Position numbers and translations under genes: made by a program. 51,332 nt of DNA from an uncultured Maribacter sp. (lineage in GTDB: Bacteria > Bacteroidota > Bacteroidia > Flavobacteriales > Flavobacteriaceae), in the NCBI GenBank assembly GCA_964532755.1, contig CAZHJO010000001.1:1-51332 (forward strand), in the 5' to 3' direction. Shown here piece by piece: positions 27,320 through 36,134 of the stretch. The notes beneath the pieces are model-generated. The model had not been told where the DNA came from. It worked only from the letters and a program-made list of their open reading frames with translations, and did no database searches. Position 1 is the stretch's first letter; every line of letters starts with the position of its first letter.

Positions 27320-27370
27320 ACACTAACGAGTGGAAGGCATTTACCGGCTTCCACTCAAATCTTTTAGTGT
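27320..27370 (+). other. Two-tier leader hairpin after P4
   Basis: ACACTAA/TTAGTGT outer stem, GAGTGGAAG/CTTCCACTC inner stem. Confidence 0.55.
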
Positions 27371-27387
27371 CAGGGAGGTGGTAAAGT

Positions 27388-27570
27388 TTGGCAGTTAAAG
27401 AGGATTATAAATTCTGGTCTACACGTAAAATGCCTATTAGTTTATATAACGAAATTAAAATATTAGCTGCAACTCACAATATACACGTCTATATTATCGT
27501 CGTCGCTGCAATTCGAGCTGGCTTGCATAACGTGACAGTGCGGCTAATGAAGGGTAAGAGGGTGCGATAG
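27388..27570 (+). CDS. Ribbon-helix-helix-like transcriptional regulator
   Basis: 60 aa; strand FWSTRKMP then L...IK..AA...I...IV..AI pattern; GGAGGTG RBS. Confidence 0.6.
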   Translation: MAVKEDYKFWSTRKMPISLYNEIKILAATHNIHVYIIVVAAIRAGLHNVTVRLMKGKRVR

Positions 27571-27704
27571 TGGAAAATATAATTGGTGCACTGTTTTACA
27601 TCGTGGTAGAAGGGTTAAGTATTGTAGCTGGTGGAATTGGGCTTGCAGTTTGTTTGATGTTTATTGCATATGTTTTTTCAACAGCTTTAGCGCCTAAGCG
27701 TTAA
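27570..27704 (+). CDS. 44-aa membrane peptide
   Basis: GTG coupled to upstream TAG; hydrophobic. Confidence 0.5.
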   Translation: MENIIGALFYIVVEGLSIVAGGIGLAVCLMFIAYVFSTALAPKR

Positions 27705-27726
27705 GGATTCACAAAAGGGGGGTTTT

Positions 27727-27879
27727 ATGTTTATTCCAACATGGATGGTTTGGTCTTTATTTGTCGGCTTGCTGACGATGGTAGGCATTTCGTCATACCT
27801 AATCTATGCTTATATCCAAGCACTTGAGATGATTGAACACCTTGACCGGTATACGTATTTCCCGGATGGTGAACGATGA
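27727..27879 (+). CDS. 50-aa single-TM protein
   Basis: AAGGGGGG RBS; ATGA overlap with nuclease. Confidence 0.55.
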   Translation: MFIPTWMVWSLFVGLLTMVGISSYLIYAYIQALEMIEHLDRYTYFPDGER

Positions 27880-28880
27880 GTGCAGTCAATATCGACAACA
27901 GCAATCTGAAACTATTATTTGGCTGTGAAGCTTCTTATGTTTTGTCTCATGTTTACGGGCTTGGAGCGAAAAATGATGACGGTGTTTTTGGGGGTTTGGG
28001 TAATCTTATCCATGACGCTTTGGAAATATTTTTCACGACAAGAAATATGTATAAAGCCCTGATATATATTGAGCGGAATTATAGAAGCTTCACACCACCT
28101 GGTTACGCTCCCGATCCAAAAGACAAAAAGGGGGTTCATTTCAATTCCGTTCTGACTAACTTTGAGTCATATTGTAAAGCTAATCCTCCTGCTACTTGGC
28201 CGTTTGATGTAATTGATACCGAAAGAACGGTAGGAATCCAAATAGCTCAAGCCGTGAATTTCTGGTTCAAACGGGATATGGTGGTTAAGTATAAAACTAC
28301 CGGAGATTATGCCCCTGTAGACCACAAGACCCGGTGGGGTCAAATCAATCACTTTTGGCTGAATAAATTCGAAATGGAATCTCAGTTCACCGGTTATCTG
28401 TGGGCATCAAAATTATTTGGAAAACATGAGGGGTATGAAACAACTGATTATTTAGTAGGAAACATTATATCTATGGCACCATTGCCGAGTAGCAATAGAA
28501 TATGCAAGCTACACGATATGAAATTTTCTGAGTGCGGTGGGTACCACCTCGATTCCCGATGGATATTTTTTCACCGAACGCCGGAACAGCTTGACGGTTG
28601 GAAGACCGCTGTAAAATTAATGATTCCTAAACTGCAGGATTACCAAAAACTGAAAGATTTTATTGATAAAGAAAGGAGGTCAGGTAAAGGGATAGATTAC
28701 AAGCCACTGCATCGTTATCCAAGAAACGGAGCTTTTACAGGGGCCTGCACTTGGTGCGAATTTAAAGATTGGTGCCGCAAGGGGTTTAATCCTTTGTTTG
28801 CAGAAGAGTTTGTCCAACCAAAAGTTTGGGCACCTTGGGATGAAGAAAACACTATAATAATTGATCATTTTATTAATTGA
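27876..28880 (+). CDS. PD-(D/E)XK Cas4/RecB-like exonuclease
   Basis: N-terminal Cys, G.LIHDALE, D...VDHKT, Q...Y, C-terminal CxxCxxxxxC. Confidence 0.85.
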   Translation: MSAVNIDNSNLKLLFGCEASYVLSHVYGLGAKNDDGVFGGLGNLIHDALEIFFTTRNMYKALIYIERNYRSFTPPGYAPDPKDKKGVHFNSVLTNFESYCKANPPATWPFDVIDTERTVGIQIAQAVNFWFKRDMVVKYKTTGDYAPVDHKTRWGQINHFWLNKFEMESQFTGYLWASKLFGKHEGYETTDYLVGNIISMAPLPSSNRICKLHDMKFSECGGYHLDSRWIFFHRTPEQLDGWKTAVKLMIPKLQDYQKLKDFIDKERRSGKGIDYKPLHRYPRNGAFTGACTWCEFKDWCRKGFNPLFAEEFVQPKVWAPWDEENTIIIDHFIN

Positions 28881-28890
28881 AAGGGGGGAT

Positions 28891-29658
28891 ATGCAATTCC
28901 CAATCAAGCTTTTGGTAACCGGCAATAATGGTGCAGGCAAAGATACTTTTGCCGCCACAGCAGAAAAGCCGTTGCTTCTGCTGCATTTAGATTGTGTGGG
29001 CGCGGAAAGACCCTACTATGCAGCATCTAAATCAGTAGGTGATATCCAAAGCTATGTCATTGGCAACAACCATTTTGGAGAGGAGGTGAAAATTCGCTAC
29101 CGAGACCTTGTAGCAAAAGATGGCGGCGCTATCCGGGTGGAATACTGGCGCTCAGATGATCTACGAGAACCTTGGGTTGCTGGGCATTTCGAAACACGGC
29201 TGCGAATGCTCCGAGACGAAACGTGGAAGACTGTGGTTATCGGCTCTTTGTCTGCCTTAACCATTGAAGCTTTGTCTTATGAGGAATTTGTAAGCAACTC
29301 GGAAACAAAGGATCAGCGGCAGTGGTACCAAGCATGCACCAAGTTTTTGGAGCGTGTAATCGTAAGTTCTGGTGCCTTGCTATGCAACGTCATCATGCTA
29401 TGTCACATTCAGTTGAGAGATGTTGCTGATGAGGGGGTAATTTATAGACTGCCGCAAGCCCCCGGCCGCCTTGCCACAAATATTGGGCAATTTTTTAGCG
29501 AGATTGTAAGAGTTTATGTGGAGGATGATGAACACGGAAATCCTGTACATCTATTACAAACAAGACAATCAGGCAAACACATTGCTAAGAATCATGTAAA
29601 CGCCCCGAATCCATGCGAACCTACTTGGAAAGCGTTTTGGTCAAATTCTGAAGATTAA
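28891..29658 (+). CDS. AAA_24 / Sak4-like recombination ATPase
   Basis: KLLVTG..GAGK.TFAAT..KPL, TVVI.SLS, NVIMLCH, IAKN. Confidence 0.8.
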   Translation: MQFPIKLLVTGNNGAGKDTFAATAEKPLLLLHLDCVGAERPYYAASKSVGDIQSYVIGNNHFGEEVKIRYRDLVAKDGGAIRVEYWRSDDLREPWVAGHFETRLRMLRDETWKTVVIGSLSALTIEALSYEEFVSNSETKDQRQWYQACTKFLERVIVSSGALLCNVIMLCHIQLRDVADEGVIYRLPQAPGRLATNIGQFFSEIVRVYVEDDEHGNPVHLLQTRQSGKHIAKNHVNAPNPCEPTWKAFWSNSED

Positions 29659-29707
29659 TAAAAACTCCTCAAACAAATAAAAACCTAAAAAACGGAGCAT
29701 TAAAACT

Positions 29708-30466
29708 ATGTCGTACGATGATGAATTAGATTTCAGTTGCTTTGGTGATGCAGACACAATTATTGACTGGGAAGACATCCCCACAAGTAGCATTTTTCCG
29801 TCCCTTAACGGGATCTTCCAAGTGTTGAGAATGGCCCCAATGGCTTCAAAGAGAACCGGCAAAGCCATGCTTAAAGTGGATTTCCGTTGCTTGGAGCCCA
29901 AGAAGTATGAGGGCATGTTTTACACCACCTACATGGTATTGGGTTCAGACCACGACCCCACTTGTAAAGACGGAATTAAACCAGGACCCCCAGGAGTTAT
30001 GCCTCTACAGCAACTTCGGGTTGCTTGTAATGTTGGGAAAGATGTGCGGACTATTCAGCAAGTTGTTGGATTTTTCAACGCATCTAACCCGGCTTGTGGG
30101 CTTACTATCTTGAAAAAAATTCGAGATGGTGAAGAGGACAATGACATTGCCAGAAATGGTTATTGGGCACCGGGTAAAAACAAGATCGGGGAGCTGGATA
30201 ACGGCCCTAAGAAGCAGCAGCCAGCTAAAAGGGGGAGACCTGCACCCCAACAGCGACCCCCTAAACCGGCAGCTCCGAAACACAGTGCGCCACCTCCATC
30301 AATGCCCAAAGCGCCGCCTGCTCAAGAACAACGGACATTTCCCGAAGATTTAGCGACAATGGAACAAGAACCTGATGGGGGTGTGACAATACCATGCACC
30401 ATTTGTGGTGAAGAGATCCACGCTGACCATTATACAGAGCACCTGCGGAAGTGTGAGTCCAACTAA
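29708..30466 (+). CDS. Putative ssDNA-binding protein (DUF669-like) with Pro-rich linker and C-terminal Zn finger
   Basis: SK.TGK.MLKV.F motif; follows Sak4-like gene; CTIC...H...C. Confidence 0.65.
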   Translation: MSYDDELDFSCFGDADTIIDWEDIPTSSIFPSLNGIFQVLRMAPMASKRTGKAMLKVDFRCLEPKKYEGMFYTTYMVLGSDHDPTCKDGIKPGPPGVMPLQQLRVACNVGKDVRTIQQVVGFFNASNPACGLTILKKIRDGEEDNDIARNGYWAPGKNKIGELDNGPKKQQPAKRGRPAPQQRPPKPAAPKHSAPPPSMPKAPPAQEQRTFPEDLATMEQEPDGGVTIPCTICGEEIHADHYTEHLRKCESN

Positions 30467-30492
30467 ATAAGAAATTTACAATGGGAAAGGAG

Positions 30493-30524
30493 GCCGGGGG
30501 TGGAAACATCCCCGGTTTTATTTT
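30493..30524 (+). terminator. Rho-independent terminator
   Basis: CCGGGGGTG-GAAA-CATCCCCGG stem followed by TTTTATTTT. Confidence 0.75.
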
Positions 30525-30716
30525 ATGGCAGACAAATCATCTTTAGAGAAAATTGCAGATGACCATATCAATTGGTACTTCAGCCGCTTCGAGTTGCAAC
30601 AAGAGTGTTTCACTAAAATTATGAAGCAGCTTGCCCGAGACAATTTTATCCACGGATATAAGCACGGCATCGAGCACATGGAAGAGATATTTGGTACCAA
30701 AAAGGATGAATCATGA
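30525..30716 (+). CDS. Hypothetical protein
   Basis: IADDH..W and FIHGYKHG motifs; ATGA overlap with polymerase. Confidence 0.65.
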   Translation: MADKSSLEKIADDHINWYFSRFELQQECFTKIMKQLARDNFIHGYKHGIEHMEEIFGTKKDES

Positions 30717-32605
30717 GGAAATTAAACTATCAACCCTGGTCTCAGACTACTACAAACCCCTCTTGTGAAGGGCCAATGGATGCAAAAATTCTGTTCTTGG
30801 CAGAAGCGCCAGGCCAAACAGAAATGCAGCTTAATCGACCACTTTGCGGGCAATCCGGGCAGAGGTGGAATACTTGGCTGATGTTTACTGGAATCCATCG
30901 AGTTGAATGCCGGATTGAAAATTTTTATCCAGATCGGCCTAAGAAAAATGATATCAGCAGCATACCTACAGATGATCTAATTTGGTGCATCAATCATTTG
31001 CATAATCGAGTTGCAACGATGCCTAACCTAAGGGTGATAGTGCCCATGGGGAATTACGCACTATTTGCCCTACTCCAAAAGGGGAAGGTAAAAGCAGGCC
31101 TTAGAAATGCTTACAAGTACACGCAATACAACATAACAGATGCTGAAAAGAAGGCAGGTATCACCCAAATGCGGGGAAGCCTATACCCCTTCCAAGATTT
31201 AAATGGGCGTGAGATTAAGATTATACCAATGATCCACCCCGCAGCCACCCTAAGAATGCCCATGTGGGCTAAATCCTGCGTAGCGGATTTACTGAAAGTT
31301 CAACGGGAAGTGAGGTTTAAACAGATAATCCAAATAGAGAGGAAGCACATTACAACAGCCGATGAAGATTTAGTTGCAGGCTACGCACAAAGAGTGTTGG
31401 ACATGGGGGATGCTCATTTAGCCTTAGATATTGAAACAAACCGTAGAAGTCACATGACTTGCATAGGGTTTGCTCACAGCCCTGTGGAATCATTTACAAT
31501 TGATACTACTACTAAGGCAAAGTTAGAGCAATTCATGCCTTATATAAAGCAGATCTGCAGCAGTGATACCCAAAAGATTCTATGCAACGGTCTGTATGAC
31601 AATTACTGGTTGGATGGCTATCACGTCGGTCTGCATAATTATACTTGTGATGTCCAATATTTACACCACGCAATCGACCCGGTTAACAAACATAGCCTGG
31701 ATTTTTTGACCAGCTTGTATACCTACATGCCATACTGGAAAGATGAAGCTAAGGATTCAGAAAGTATTCAAAAGTATTCCGGTAACATAGAGGCACTGCT
31801 GGTCTACAACGGGATGGATTGTTGTGCTACTTATGAAGTCTGGTTTGCACTTAAAAGGGCAGCAGAGAAAATGGGGATGTTTGAATTTTACCAAAAAATG
31901 TATGTCGAGCTTATGTGGGCAATGCACAAGATGTCCTGCCACGGGGTAAGAACTGATGTAAAAGCCCAAAAATCGTGGTCAAAACAGCTAAAGGATGAGT
32001 TGGAGGATATCAGAAAAGAACTTGAAACTGGTGCAGGGGAAAACTTGTTTTCCACGAAAACCAAAGCTAGTTACCGAGATCCTACAAACGAAGAATGGGA
32101 TCTGCTTTTGCTGCCTGAAGAGATTACATACTCTGCTGACGGCGTGCCTAAAGCTAAACATATCGACAAGGCTAATCGAACAACCCTTATTGAAAAGCAA
32201 AAGCTGACCTACATGATGTCTGGTGCCTATGCTGGCAAGATCCGCTTTTCGATTGACGAAGACCAAAAAGGTTTTTCTCGAACAAAACTTGAGAAATTTT
32301 TCTTTAAAACCCTGGGCATCCCTAAACAGACTAAGTATAACCCCAAAACGAAAAAGCGTGGGGTTACTATGGATGTGAATGCCCTTTACCATATGATTCG
32401 AACCTACCCCGAAAAAATGGGCCCCTATGGTAAGTTGCTGCTGAAATATCGAGAGAAAGAAAAGCAGCTTGGGTATTTGAAGGGGGCCTATGACAAAGAC
32501 CATCGAACACGAAGTGGATATAAGCCTATTACAGAAGCAGGGCGGCTATCCAGTAGCAAAAACCCTAAAAATACAGGGTTGAACCTTCAAACAATCCCAC
32601 AGTAG
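30713..32605 (+). CDS. polA: Split DNA polymerase A, N-terminal part: UDG-like domain + 3'-5' exonuclease + thumb
   Basis: AEAPG..E..PL.G.SG and HPAA.LR (UDG family 4); LALDIET, NG.YD, YNGMD (Exo I-III); ends GRLSSS.NP...NLQTIP. Confidence 0.9.
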   Translation: MRKLNYQPWSQTTTNPSCEGPMDAKILFLAEAPGQTEMQLNRPLCGQSGQRWNTWLMFTGIHRVECRIENFYPDRPKKNDISSIPTDDLIWCINHLHNRVATMPNLRVIVPMGNYALFALLQKGKVKAGLRNAYKYTQYNITDAEKKAGITQMRGSLYPFQDLNGREIKIIPMIHPAATLRMPMWAKSCVADLLKVQREVRFKQIIQIERKHITTADEDLVAGYAQRVLDMGDAHLALDIETNRRSHMTCIGFAHSPVESFTIDTTTKAKLEQFMPYIKQICSSDTQKILCNGLYDNYWLDGYHVGLHNYTCDVQYLHHAIDPVNKHSLDFLTSLYTYMPYWKDEAKDSESIQKYSGNIEALLVYNGMDCCATYEVWFALKRAAEKMGMFEFYQKMYVELMWAMHKMSCHGVRTDVKAQKSWSKQLKDELEDIRKELETGAGENLFSTKTKASYRDPTNEEWDLLLLPEEITYSADGVPKAKHIDKANRTTLIEKQKLTYMMSGAYAGKIRFSIDEDQKGFSRTKLEKFFFKTLGIPKQTKYNPKTKKRGVTMDVNALYHMIRTYPEKMGPYGKLLLKYREKEKQLGYLKGAYDKDHRTRSGYKPITEAGRLSSSKNPKNTGLNLQTIPQ

Positions 32606-32613
32606 GGGGAAGT

Positions 32614-32880
32614 ATGAACAGAAAAAATTTAGATCCAGAGTTGCAGGAAGTGCTTAGGGCAAAAGAGAAGCTTGTAAGCGAAGCAAAAAAGCTTAATTAC
32701 CGATTTAAATTCCTCCTCATGATTGTAAACCATCCCGATCTGGCCGTAGAAAATGAATATAAAGTGTGGAAAAAGCACACTACACCGAATTTTGCCGAAG
32801 ATTTAGGGGTTTGGGTACGAGATGTTGAAAAATTTTACCAACAATTTTTTGCTAAATATGGGGGTCAGCATGAGGGATAG
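32614..32880 (+). CDS. Hypothetical protein in polymerase insert
   Basis: AGGGGG RBS, 88 aa. Confidence 0.65.
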   Translation: MNRKNLDPELQEVLRAKEKLVSEAKKLNYRFKFLLMIVNHPDLAVENEYKVWKKHTTPNFAEDLGVWVRDVEKFYQQFFAKYGGQHEG

Positions 32881-33118
32881 CGTATTATACCTTACACTTA
32901 AATTGTACCTTTGTAATGCAGCTATTTGGATGGTCCTTAGTTTTTGCTTTATGCTGGTCACAAAAATTGACTTGATGATGGGAGGACCGCCTTGGTTCGC
33001 TTTTGTGCCCAGCCTGTTGGCGTCCTTACCCGCATTAATCGCCTTTTTGATTGTGTTTCATGGCCATAAAATATCCATTGTTTCTCTAGAAGGGGGGTTT
33101 GATGAAGGCGGGGCATAA
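32870..33118 (+). CDS. Two-TM membrane protein
   Basis: Start MRDSVL; two hydrophobic segments. Confidence 0.6.
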   Translation: MRDSVLYLTLKLYLCNAAIWMVLSFCFMLVTKIDLMMGGPPWFAFVPSLLASLPALIAFLIVFHGHKISIVSLEGGFDEGGA

Positions 33119-33176
33119 ATCACAATTATACATTGTTGTAGTCGTTATAATCATGTGTATTTATTACATTAAATAG
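33102..33176 (+). CDS. 24-aa single-TM peptide
   Basis: AAGGGGGG RBS; MKAGHKSQLYIVVVVIIMCIYYIK. Confidence 0.35.
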   Translation: MKAGHKSQLYIVVVVIIMCIYYIK

Positions 33177-33199
33177 TAACCAGGAGGTTTAAACCTTAG

Positions 33200-33424
33200 A
33201 TGAGGATTCAATTAAATGACCCCAACAAAAAAAGAAAAAAATTTTATAAGGCAATTCGTTTTTTGGGCTATGTGCTCATTATTTGCTCTTTGGCTGGTAG
33301 CGGGATCATTGCTTTTAAGTTCATCCGGGATACGATCCCACAACTCAGAGTTTGTTGCTGCGAAACCTGCCCTGAAACCATACCCTGCGGGGATCTTCGA
33401 GAGGTGGGAGAGCACAAAAACTAA
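33200..33424 (+). CDS. Single-TM protein with Cys-rich tail
   Basis: AGGAGG RBS; competes with overlapping ORF 33216..33500. Confidence 0.5.
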   Translation: MRIQLNDPNKKRKKFYKAIRFLGYVLIICSLAGSGIIAFKFIRDTIPQLRVCCCETCPETIPCGDLREVGEHKN

Positions 33425-33489
33425 AAAAGTTTGGTCGAATGTACGTGAATTAATGGCAAACGATAATCCACAACAAGAAGGAAATTATT

Positions 33490-33630
33490 ATGGCCGGTAA
33501 AGGGAAAGATAGTCCGATTTTTGCATATATCTTGGTGGCTTTAATGGTCTTGGCCTACTTTTGGCTTCAAGGCGGGGGTCAAGCCCCATCCATGCCGTCT
33601 TTACCATCAATACCATCAATATCATTTTAA
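33490..33630 (+). CDS. 46-aa single-TM peptide with PS(M/L/I) repeats
   Basis: AAGGA RBS; MAGKGKDSPIFAYILVALMVLAYFW...PSMPSLPSIPSISF. Confidence 0.6.
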   Translation: MAGKGKDSPIFAYILVALMVLAYFWLQGGGQAPSMPSLPSIPSISF

Positions 33631-33642
33631 AGGAGGTTTACC

Positions 33643-33798
33643 TTGGGCAAAAAAGTAGGGGGTTCCAGTTTAGGGATGATCGTATTAGCCGCGTTTATTA
33701 TCATCGCTTGCATAAATACATGTGAAAAGCGGGGAACGTCCCCCATGTTTCGGTGGAGTCAGATTGATACTATGACTTCAGAAGAAGGGAGTGGGTAA
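33643..33798 (+). CDS. 51-aa single-TM peptide
   Basis: AAGGAGG RBS, TTG start, TAATG coupling to next gene. Confidence 0.6.
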   Translation: MGKKVGGSSLGMIVLAAFIIIACINTCEKRGTSPMFRWSQIDTMTSEEGSG

Positions 33799-34040
33799 TG
33801 TTGGTGCCAGATAAGCCCTTTGAGGTTAGGAATGTCAATGATCTACGAGTTTGGATTGTGCAGAAAATTCAAGCACCTGAATCGCTGAATGAAATAATTT
33901 TTTATGTTTCTGAAGAAGTTCGAAATAAGTGGTTTTTAAATCATTACACATTGCCAGCCCTTTTTCATAATAGGGGCTACCGAGTCTTTTTCTCTAATAC
34001 TGGTGGGGGTGTTTACCGCGTTAGTGTGCGTTTGCTTTAA
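33798..34040 (+). CDS. Hypothetical protein
   Basis: Coupled ORF directly before the ATPase. Confidence 0.6.
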   Translation: MLVPDKPFEVRNVNDLRVWIVQKIQAPESLNEIIFYVSEEVRNKWFLNHYTLPALFHNRGYRVFFSNTGGGVYRVSVRLL

Positions 34041-34052
34041 GGGGGAGATTAA

Positions 34053-36131
34053 GTGGGGATTAAATCGACGTTAAACGAATTCTTTTTCAGACTATCGGCC
34101 TTTCTATTTGGGTTCGCTATATGCATCGGTAGCTGTTATCTAACCTGTAGGCATATTACACTTAATGATTCGATCCCCTCATTTTCTGGCTTTTGGTATT
34201 TAAACCCCGATGCTCTACTGACAATAGCTAAAGTTATCACGGTAGGCATCGGGATATCTACCGCTCAAGTTTATGGGGCTATTGTATTTCGTAAAACTCA
34301 CGAATCTAAGTGGCTGTGGATGTATGTTATTGCTACAGTGTTGAGTATATTCATCTCAGCATTCACATTTTATACCTCAATTGAACGGGGGGCTGTTCAG
34401 GGCAAATATTCCACAGAAGAGTACCAAACCCTTTTAAAACAGAAAGAGTTTAAAATTCAGCGCCTCAAGCAGCTTGTGAATGATAAAACCAGAGAGACCA
34501 ATGAACTTTATTCTGTTGGGCATAAAACGTCAGCAAGATTAAGGGCTGCAGAGTACGATAAGCGGATTGAAAAACAAAATGACCAAATAGATAAACTCAA
34601 TGACCAAATTATTATTTACCAACAATCAACATCTAAAAATACTGTAACTGTTGAGAACACCTATAAAAATTTCTCGAAAGATTTTTTATTCATTTTTGGG
34701 GTAGGTGATCTACCTACAATAGAGTGGTTTGCGGCTACCTTAAAGCTGGGATTGTTGTTATTTTTCGCAGCAATCCCGGACCTTGTAGGCCCGTGGTTGC
34801 TTGCTTATGGGTATGTTCCAGGCAAGAATACGCGGCCATCAAAGGAAGAGGATATAACGTTAAGCCAGCGTATGATGCAGGGTTTATGGTATGGGCTTAC
34901 CGGCCAGAACGAGCCACCGAAAACGGTAGACGAAGCGGCGAAAGAGCGCGATAAGCTTTTAAATACACCGTTGAACAAAATGGATACCAGCAAACTCAAG
35001 GGTTTGGTCAAAGATGCACCGAGCATCACCGATTATTTACCCACACTGGAAACCAGAATCTATTTGGTAGCCCCATCCGGTTCCGGCAAAACGGTTCTTA
35101 TGCAGTGGCTCATCCGTAAAATGCTACAGAACGGGGAGTTTGTTGTTGGCCGGGACCGTTTAGTAATCATGGACCCTAAACCGAGTACCGCAGGTAAGTG
35201 GCCTACATTCGCTGAACTTGTGGGAACTGGTTATAAATTAGAGCCAATTTTGGCTAAGTACGACGAATTAAACAGTGTTTTCAGAAAGCGGTGCGATCTT
35301 CCAGAAAAAGAAAGGGGGAAGCAGCCTAAATATTTTGTGATTCAAGATGAAGTTTATTGGTGCTCTCTGGAGGCCGCTAAAGACCCATACAAGATCCAAT
35401 TTGGAGATAAATATAGCTTCTTACTCACTCAAACACGTGAGTTTAATATGTTTTTCATTGCAGCAACACAACTGTCAACCGCATTGTCCGAAGGGACAAA
35501 AGGTCAGACAGGTGTGAAACGAAATTATGAGTTTTTGATAGAAATACTTTACGACAAAGCGCATAAATTCCGTTGTGCTCGCATGGCGGTATCTGGACTT
35601 CGACCTGAGTTTTACCGTATCCCCCACATGAAGGGTACGGCCCCCACAGCATCTTCCAAATTCTCTTTAAAAGCCATTGCTGCAAACGCAAAAACGCATG
35701 CTCCTACGATCACCGAAAATTTACGAAAAACTATCAGCCGTACCACTGGTACGCAGGTGGTACGCGAACGAGATTATCCTGACAAGGATGCTCCATTTTC
35801 CGACGGCGAAAGTCGGGGTGGTACGCAACTGGTACGTCCCAGCGTCCCAGCCCAATATTATTACGAAAATGACCAAAAAGTACCAGATGAGAAATGCACT
35901 ACAGATTTACCTGGTACGCAAGTGGTACGTCCCAGCACGTCCCAGTCTTGGGTTGGAGCTTACAGTAACATTGTTACTGAACTGCAAGAGGAAGCCATTT
36001 TAGCCCAATATGACAACGGTGCATCTCACAATAATATTATCAAAAACGTGTTTAATTCGGACCCGTCACCCAAGACCCGTAAAATGTTGAAGGCGATTTT
36101 AATTAAAAACAACAAAATTAAGGAAAAATAA
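34053..36131 (+). CDS. Membrane-anchored FtsK/SpoIIIE/TraB-like P-loop ATPase
   Basis: N-terminal TM helices and coiled coil; APSGSGKT Walker A, IMDPK, FVIQDE Walker B, RE...FIAATQ; low-complexity linker; small helical C-terminal domain. Confidence 0.82.
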   Translation: MGIKSTLNEFFFRLSAFLFGFAICIGSCYLTCRHITLNDSIPSFSGFWYLNPDALLTIAKVITVGIGISTAQVYGAIVFRKTHESKWLWMYVIATVLSIFISAFTFYTSIERGAVQGKYSTEEYQTLLKQKEFKIQRLKQLVNDKTRETNELYSVGHKTSARLRAAEYDKRIEKQNDQIDKLNDQIIIYQQSTSKNTVTVENTYKNFSKDFLFIFGVGDLPTIEWFAATLKLGLLLFFAAIPDLVGPWLLAYGYVPGKNTRPSKEEDITLSQRMMQGLWYGLTGQNEPPKTVDEAAKERDKLLNTPLNKMDTSKLKGLVKDAPSITDYLPTLETRIYLVAPSGSGKTVLMQWLIRKMLQNGEFVVGRDRLVIMDPKPSTAGKWPTFAELVGTGYKLEPILAKYDELNSVFRKRCDLPEKERGKQPKYFVIQDEVYWCSLEAAKDPYKIQFGDKYSFLLTQTREFNMFFIAATQLSTALSEGTKGQTGVKRNYEFLIEILYDKAHKFRCARMAVSGLRPEFYRIPHMKGTAPTASSKFSLKAIAANAKTHAPTITENLRKTISRTTGTQVVRERDYPDKDAPFSDGESRGGTQLVRPSVPAQYYYENDQKVPDEKCTTDLPGTQVVRPSTSQSWVGAYSNIVTELQEEAILAQYDNGASHNNIIKNVFNSDPSPKTRKMLKAILIKNNKIKEK
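35739..35945. repeat. Cluster 2 of 8-bp STGGKACG repeats (about 11 copies) inside the ATPase gene
   Basis: Copies start at 35739, 35746, 35757, 35818, 35829, 35835, 35843, 35911, 35922, 35928, 35938; encode GTQ(V/L)VR x3. Confidence 0.92.
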
Positions 36132-36134
36132 AAA

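Noticed and set aside
27876-28880. CRISPR-Cas system based on the Cas4-like nuclease
   Set aside because: No cas1/cas2 or array; context is the usual nuclease-Sak4-SSB recombination module
32603-32617. Stop-codon reassignment or readthrough rejoining polA
   Set aside because: TAG is followed in frame by GGG GAA GTA TGA; genes elsewhere are intact in the standard code
22292-35945. Diversity-generating retroelement TR/VR pair or invertible segment between the two clusters
   Set aside because: Clusters share short motifs only, not colinear homology; no reverse transcriptase or recombinase seen
34053-36131. FtsK-type genome packaging ATPase as in tectiviruses or inoviruses
   Set aside because: Genome already has terminase, portal and HK97-type capsid, and this gene lies in the replication arm
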